This document shows, piece by piece, positions 37,101 through 46,100 of a DNA stretch of 64,000 bases (position 1 is its first letter; every line of letters begins with the position of its first letter). This DNA comes from Veleropilina oligotropha. Taxonomy: Eukaryota. The DNA is taken from positions 1 through 64,000 of the forward strand of contig JBEUKZ010000002.1 of NCBI GenBank assembly GCA_048128005.1. Reading direction: 5' to 3'. The notes under the pieces are model-generated. The model was not told the origin of the DNA, did not search any database, and was given only the letters and a program-made list of their open reading frames with translations. Made by a program: the position numbers and the translations under genes.

Positions 37101-40100
37101 TTCATTTTTTAAATGACAACATAATATGCGACATGTAATTTAATACTATAACCAGAAGACCTAGAAAACAGCTGCGAAAGTATGTGTCAGATTTTGTCTG
37201 ATAATAACAATTTCATTCACACTGATTTTGTTGGCAGCACGCCTGATTGATTACAAATAACTTATTAGCTTTAATGCAATGGCGATATTTCTATCCCTAA
37301 TAAAATTAGTCTACATTTTGTCAACAGTACCGGTACTGACATTAGTTCATTGCCCTAGTTTAAAACATGTGTAAAGGTCCATAGTTGTATATTTATGCGA
37401 CTTACTCTATTCACTAGCAAGAGTAAAGCGAAATGAAATTGTTCAGTGACCTTTTCGCATCGTTACACATTAATTCAACATAACTGCAGTCGATCCTGTT
37501 ATAGAATAAAACGTGACAAATTAATTATCGAGTTATTGACGACTAACGTATATATATGCTTATTTAAAAATAATCAATTGTTAGTGAAACTTTAAAATCA
37601 CGGTCCGAAAAATAATGCCGTTACTACACAAGATAGTTTTATTTCATTCCGATCAATTCGAATTGAATCAGGAACTATTTACCGTTGATATACAGCCCAC
37701 CAATTCGAATGAACACGCATCGTTTTGCTACACTGGATTCAGTTCAATGCGGTCTCAGTTTTAAGGAGATTCCATGATAATGACGTAACGAATATGTTCA
37801 ATATTCGATAAACCTCGGAAATCTTTTGTCCCATCTTGCATGCGTCGTAACATAAAGTTGCCTACCAATCATGCGTGTATTAACCGAACCGAATCGAATC
37901 GCATCGCACAGTCGGCGTAGGCCATATTGCCGTTGACCCACCATACAACCCAATCGCATCGCACCGTCGGCGTAGGCCATATTGCCGTTGACAACCCAAT
38001 CGCATCGCAGAGTCGGCGTAGGCCATATTGCCGTTGACCCACCATACAACCAAATCGCATCGCAGCGTCGGCGTAGGCCGTATTGCCGTTGACCCACCAT
38101 ACAACCCAATCACATCGCACCGTCGGCGTAGACCATATTGCCGTTGACCCACCATACAACCCAATCGCATCGCGCCGTCGGCGTAGGCCATATTGCCGTT
38201 GACCCACCATACAACCCAATCGCATCGCACCGTCGGCGTAGGCCATATTGCCGTTGACTCACCATACAACCCAATCGCATCGCACCGTCGGCGTAGGCCA
38301 TAGTGCCGTTGACCCACATCCATTACCGAATCGAATTTTCACAACCATAAACGTAACTGGCAAACAATTTGGTGTATTAGCAATATCGTTCTATGCGAAT
38401 CGACGTATCAACTGATTAATCGAAGTTTATTAACATGGTCTCATAGAAATGAATGTATGCATTTGAAACTTCAAAATGTTGCCTGACAGCAAATTATCAA
38501 GACTGTCATTGATCACAAATCTATTTTGCAGCTTTTGGACAAAAACGAGATTGCACGTTCGACGAGTTAACGGCGCGCCACGTGTTCGAGGGCGTTTATG
38601 GCTGCTTCAATATCTTCGATTCCTGGTATTACAGAGAATTCATTAACTATGGCGTGGGCGTGCTCTTCCGTGAACAAATGTTTAAGAGAGATGTAAACGC
38701 GCGCGTAAAACGCCAAGCGACGAGCGCATCGACACCTCTTGGAAATGGCACCAGCCCCGCGAACCTAACCATATCGGACCCCGTCCCTGTCGTGCAAGTC
38801 GAACCACTTCCTTTCGAAAATTTTACATATTGGGATACGATGTGTAGGCAAGTATGTTTTATTTCATTTTGTCCCATCTCTTTACTAGTATTGTTCTTAC
38901 GTACCAATCAACATATTTCATCTTAGTCGATAATAATGACTTTTCGCTATATCAGACAAAGCACATTGGTACTTTTTGTTTGGATTAATGCTTGCCTAAT
39001 GAATCATTTTAGCAGACTTCAGGGTCACTCTCACTAGAGGAAACCAAAAGAAAATCCGTCCTCATCGGCCAGTTACGGCCAACTGTGCTGTCAGGTGCTC
39101 TGGCGAATAGTCTTAATGAGAGCAGTCCTGCGGGTGAATGTTCCTTATCCATGTCACCAATGTGAGACTCTACGGTCGGTAGAGATTTTTACTGGATTAA
39201 ACGCATATTTCGGTTTGTTGATAGTTTTATTTTTGCATAATATGTTTCTGTATATTTTACAAGGACAGATATTATACATAATATTATATTACCTATATGT
39301 CTTCTGGATTGGTTTTCAGTCGATGGCGGGCTGGAGCCATGTGCTTTTCCTTCCTGGCCGAAGACTGCGACGAAAAGTTTGTATTCGAAGCCATGCGTAA
39401 CCGGACCAACAACTGGGGAAACGATATCGCATGGAGCACGGCCGCCTACGCCTTCTACGACCGTTTGTGTCACGGAAACGCCATCAAGCCGAGCATACGA
39501 GCCCGTAAGCCCAATATATCAAATATAATATTATTACCTACTGACCAACGCATTGGTTTGTACCCAGTTTCTGAATCCGCAGATTTGACGTCTGTTATAT
39601 TTAACATTTCAGGTCAACTGCTTTGCACAATACTTTCTTTATTTTAAACAATACATATTTATATAATTACTCATAAGTGGAGAATAATATCACCAATCTA
39701 TATATCCATCACTGTATGTTTGTTGGCCAACAACATGCGCGAGTTCAGCGGTAGCAAACCATCTCCTCCATGGCGAAGCCAGACGCATTTAGGTATTTCA
39801 AAGCACTGGATCTCCATAAATTACATAAATAGTATATGTAAATGTTCCCAAAAAGGGTTGCACCCCCGCCCCACACGCACACGAACACTCAGATAGGCGA
39901 TAAAATACCCATAGGCAACAATTGTCCACTGGTCAGCTCACCATAATATTCATCTTAAACACAATATTTTCGATAAACAACTTTCAAAATATTCCGCAGG
40001 CGTACACGTCCAACACCACGTGGATGCTTCCTAATGTACTGGCATGCAATATATACACTTGCCCCCCCCCCTTCGTGAATTCCTACACAGATACAGATCA

Positions 40101-43100
40101 ATTGTGTTATTATCTTCTATTTTGTACTTCAGTTTTGAACAGTCCGAATTTAGACATGTCTTGCATGACCCCGGAGTTCAGACGAACGCTCGTAAAGTGC
40201 TTTGCTTTCCTGAATTACGAAATCAGCAATTCCCAGGGTGACGTCCGCATCGTGTATCAGGGACTGAAATCTTACTACGACAGGTGGGCATATAGTAGGT
40301 GGCATGAATCATGGCTAAATATGCAAACAATCACCGAAGATGGCAATACGTAACTCGCAATTGCAATACTTAAAGAGTTATTACAAATAAGTCAACCTCT
40401 CAACGATTTTAATTTCGGAGCAAAAATGCATGTTAAACCCTCTGCGGACGAGAGCTAACAGCTGAGCTGGTTCCTCGCGAGCAATCAGCTCAGCCGATAG
40501 CTCATGGGTTTTTTCACCGCAGACGGTGAATAACTGTTGTCGCCTGAGCTAAGTTTATTCAATGTGATCACGAAGCTAATAAAATGGCGGACGGGATCGA
40601 TATGGACACACAAATATCGGAACATGATATTTTCCAAATAATGAAAAGAACAAGTGTTTTTTGTGAGTAATTATGATTTATCAATGACTGCTTTACTAAA
40701 TGACAGTGGAGTATACAAATAAAGAAATTTCCAAGCATGTTCAAAAATGTATTCATGATACTCATCGATCCAGGGATGATCCAGAATGTTTGCTTGGAAG
40801 GGGGGGGGGGGTGCGACGCCGATATTATTTACAAATTTTGATATTTAATAACCACTACGATAATAATGGTCTCTTCTTCTTATGTATTCCATTGTGCTAT
40901 ACATTCTTACAAAGAAGGCAGGTTTGACATGTATATTGCATGGTCGCAGCAATGAATTTAATGCGGTTCTAAATTTAATATCAAAGGAACGCTTGGGGGC
41001 GGGTTCCAGAAAGAGGAACAATTTGATAATAATTTTTATTGACGGTGTGTAACTGCCTCTTCTACATTCTGAGAGTATAAATGCGTTATTTTTCCCCAAC
41101 ATTTTATTAACCATTTTCAATACTTTGTAAAGATAACAATTATCATACTGATGCTTTTTATATTACTTTATATTACTTTTCCGTTTTTGTCCCAAAATGG
41201 CGTCTCGTTCGCACAGGACTGACTGAAACGACGGTTTCACATAGGTTAAATTACCCCATACTTGTGCCTTTACGGGGCGGCGAGGGGATGGGGGGAGGGG
41301 GCTCAGTTACATTATTTCTCAACTTTAAAAAAAATTACTCATACTGTTTTATGAAATTGTTCATACATGTTGGTAAAAAATAACGCGTTTGCACTTCCAG
41401 AATGCAAGAATATGAATTTCACAATTTCCCTCCACGTTGATAGTATTTTTTAAATTTCAGCCCAACCACCGGACTTTAAAAAAGGGTCAGCCGCCCCTGC
41501 TTTAGAATAAAATCATAATAGAATATAAATATAATCATAATTACGGTTAAATATTGTGTATATTAATAAAATTCAGCTTTATTTTAATGTGCCTTTATAA
41601 TTCAATGGAAGTCCTTTTGATCAACATATTCTTGGTCATGTTTAGGGGTCGGGCGTCCCCTGCGCCTCGTGTATCATATATTATTATCCCCCGCAATAAG
41701 GAAGTTTCTTATCTTCACACAAGCCCGTGAGGCCGGGTCTTCCTCTCTTGGTAGTATGGACGTGTCCATATATGTGTTCACTCTTGTAATCCAATTTATC
41801 TCAATGTACCTGAATATATGTTTATTACAAACCATTGTGCTATTGATAGGTTTTGTTCAAATCCATTGCAAATTTTGCAATAAATATCTTTAAAATGTAT
41901 ACACATATATAAAGCAAGCACAGTCACCATTTATGGAAAGTGAAAATTGCAGAAATATTGCTGATACAATTAATTAAAGTCTATATAAGGTGTAAAAATA
42001 ATTTCAGTAGGGCCCGGTATTGATTACTACATGAATGCTGTGTTTTTATTTTGATGATGATGATGATGGTTTATTTGCCAACATTTACAATACAATATAC
42101 AATATACACAATTAACATAAAATTAACTGAAAAAAATAACGATGTACAAAGTATCGTGTAATGATATTAAAGGTTAAAAACCCCTTATAGACTGTAAAGC
42201 TGGCGAGGAGATCCAGAGAAGCCTGGTGGGGCTTACATTGGGACCACCTCTTTGCTCTAGTATAGGCCTATAATAATTTAGAATGTGTTTTTTTGTGTGT
42301 TATATAAGTAACATTAAGATAGAATAAAATATGCTGTCTAGTTGCTTATGTGTTCATTTATATAATCTTTTAGTAGTAGGAACTTAAATGTTGCAAGTGG
42401 TGTTAGTGAGTGCTTCAATGAGTTTGGTAAATAATTCCATAGTCGCGGACCTTGGAATCTAATAGAGAATAGTCTAGTGTTAGTACGACATGGGTGTAAG
42501 TGATAATCGTTAGAGTTTCGTATACCATAGTTGTGAAGTCTGGAATTATGGATAAAATAATGCGCAAAAACGTTAGTGATGATATTTTGATAACATTTAT
42601 ACATAAACAAAGCTATTTGCAGTTTATTAATGTCACATATGGCTAATTGACTATATCTATACATGATTGGTTTAGTATTTTCCAAGTAATGCGATCCTGA
42701 CATGAGGCGGATTGCACGCTTTTGTAACAAGGATAACTTATGCAAACGGCTGGAGTAAGTACTAGCCCACAGTATTGTGCAATATTGAAAGTAGGGTAAA
42801 ATTAATGAATTGTATAACATTGGTAAGGTATGTGAGGGAATGGATTTTCTTAACTTATACATGACACCAATACTTTTGACACCTTAGACGCAATTGTTTG
42901 TATGTGCATTGTCCAACTGATATGTTCATCAATCATGATTCCTAAACATTTGGTTTATTTAACTTGTTGCACTTCAGTGTTGTTAATTCTTACACTACAT
43001 TCAGATTTTAGGTAATATTTTCCCTTTGAAGAGAATATAACAAAATTTGTTTTCTTAATGTTTAAGGAAAGTTTGTTAACCTGAAACCATAAGTTTACCT

Positions 43101-46100
43101 TTTTCAATTCTTAATTCATAATTTTTAACATTGTATATAAATCTTTGTGTGCCATAAAGATATTGGTGTCATCGGCAAATAATATAAAATTTAGTAATGT
43201 TGATACATTAGCTAAGTCATTGACATATGGTAAAAATAATAGAGGGCCCAGTATTGACCCTTGGGGTACACCACATTTTATATTTTGTTCCGAGGAAGCA
43301 GATGATCTAATGGTGACGTATTGTTTCCTATTTGATAAGTAACTTTTAAACCATTGCAATGGTATTCCACGTATACCATAATGATATAATTGATTACATA
43401 ATATTTCATGGTTGACAGTGTAAAACGCTTTAGATAAGTCAAGGAATATACCTATTGTAAATTCCGTGTTGTCAATTGAATTTGTAATCTGGTCCACTAA
43501 TTCCAGTAGTGCCATGTACGTGGAATGGTTGTCACGAAAACCAAATTGTTTTTAATATAAAATGTCATATGTTTTAATATAATTCAATAATCGATTGTAT
43601 ACCACTTTTTCATGTATTTTTGAGTAAAGTGGAAGCAATGATATTGTTCTATAATTTGAAAATTTAGTTTGATCATCAGTTTTGTAGACGGGCACTACTT
43701 TTGCTATTTTAAGACATTCTGGGACAACCCAAGTTGATAAAGATAAATTTATAATTGAAACCAAGGGGCTAAAATGCATTTTGATGATATTTTGACAATA
43801 AATGCCGATATGCCATAGATTCCAGATTTCCTTTTGTTTTTCCAGTCAGAGATAATACATTCGATCTCACTTTCATAAACAGGAGTGAAGAACATAAAAT
43901 TTTCATAAACACCGGACATATAAGTAGAATAACTTGTATTGACAGTTGGGATATTCTTTTCAAGATTTGGGCCTATATTAGTAAAATAATTGTTAAAGTT
44001 TTCTGCTATGTCAGTGTCACCTGTTATGGTACTTTTGTTGTTTTTAAGTTCTGTTGGAATTTCTTGTGAGTACTTACTTTATCCACTTATTGATTTAATG
44101 ATTTTCCATAAGTCTTTTAAATTGTTTCTAGCTGCTTCTAATTTATTTGCAAAGTGTTTCTTTTTACTAATTTTTATTAAATGGATTAGTTTATTTTTAT
44201 AGTTTTTATACGTCATGGTTGCAAGGTCTGTGTTTTTATTTAGTGATATTTTATATAGTTTGTTTTTCCTTTTGATTCAGTTAATTATTCCATTGGTTAA
44301 CCAGGGCTTGTTAATTTTATCCTTGGGTTTGACTTTCAAGATAGGGAAACATTTATCATGTACAGATTTGTATTTTAAGATACAAAAATTATACGCATCG
44401 TTTCCATTTTTAGCGTTATAGATATCATCCCAAGTTGTTTTTTTCTAATTCGTCATTGAAATATGTTATGTTTTGTTCATTGTAGATTTGTTTAAATTTT
44501 ACTTTTGGTTTTGGGTTTCTATCGGTTTTCATATCGATTATTAAAAATATAGGCAGGTGGTCGGAGATATCCGTGAACAAAATTCCTGCGTATACCTTAT
44601 AAATCATGTCATTTATAAATATATAGTCTATGAGAGAAGCTGTATGTTCTGTAATTCTGATAGGCCTGGTGATAATGGGATACAGTGAGTTCGAGATAAT
44701 GCTATTTAAAAATGTATTTGTTGATACATGATATTCGTATTTTAATAAATCAAGATTGAAGTCTCCCAAGATAATTATAGTTTTGGTTTCATTATAATTT
44801 TTGAAAATATGATTTCAAGATTGGTGAATTGGTCAATCGCATATTTCAGCTCAGCTGATAGCCCATGTTCCCCGCACACGGTGAGGTTTCGAACTCGCGA
44901 GTCGATAAATATCCAAATCGCTGGATTCCTGCCTCATCTCTTCGCGTGGTCGAAACCTCAACAAAATTCGTCCGCAAACGAGAGCTATCGACTGAGCTGT
45001 TGGCTCGCGCGCAATCAGCTCAGCTGATAGCTCTCGTCTGCGGTGGGCTATACGTGTTAAAATTGAGTAGTTTACTGTCATTGGTTACATATGATAGCTA
45101 TGTTCCTTAGTTGCATTTTGAGCTAGTTGATTTGTTATAATGCATATGAAGTTCACATTAAACATTATTTTTCAAATATTTTTGCTGATATTATCGTAAT
45201 TTCATCAATATTGCAATTTGCATTAAGAATTTACACAATTTAATTTGATGTAGTGAAATTAGAAATTGGCGCCTTTATTTTAAATGCACCTGGAGGCCAT
45301 CTTGGTTAATTTAGATCTTATATAATTCATTATGTCATTGTCCCGTTAGCTAATGAACATATTGAGCCAAATTTTAAGTTTGTACTACGAAGCGTTTTAG
45401 CGATACAGCCCAAAATCCACCAACCAGAAATTGCATCGTGAAATCCGGAGACCAATGCGGTCATCTTAGCGGCATACCGAGGATGCTCTCCAGTGTATAA
45501 ACTTCAAGTAAATTGGATCGGTTTTGTTGAAGTTATGCGAATGGACTTGCATACATAACTACAGTCACAAGGATCCGATTGCAATACCATCGAATTTTCC
45601 CTAGTCTGTCGTTTGAATAATGTTGTTGATGATAATTATTGCACGAAATTTAACTGAGGAAATATCGACATATTTCAGCTTGGCTATTAATACTTTGAAA
45701 TGCGTCCGAAGTGAAATTCGTACATCATCTTGTAATGACGATACCAGAAAACTGATATGGGAACTGGCGAGGGCTCAGCTGCACTCCTTCTTCAACATTG
45801 ATGAACTCAACGTCGACGAGACTCCGCCATTTGTAAGTCATGACAATATTTTTAAAGCAGGAAAACTATATATATGCAAACTTCTCATACAAAATATTTA
45901 TAATCAAATCGGACACTGAGTTGAAAGCCTCGTGCATGTATGACTGCGTCGAAAGCGGCGATCTCGAGGTAATGACCTCATGTTTAACTGTAAGGCTCTG
46001 CGTTTCATTGGTGGGATTTGAATTGCAGCTTAACAGATGTTTGGCGATGATAGCATATTAGATAACCACGTGACTACGCATGCGTAATGTCAACACGAGT

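Noticed and set aside
37897..38317. CRISPR-like regular repeat and its ORFs
   Set aside because: Units are contiguous 55-bp copies with no unique spacers and no cas genes; the ORFs are repeat translations.
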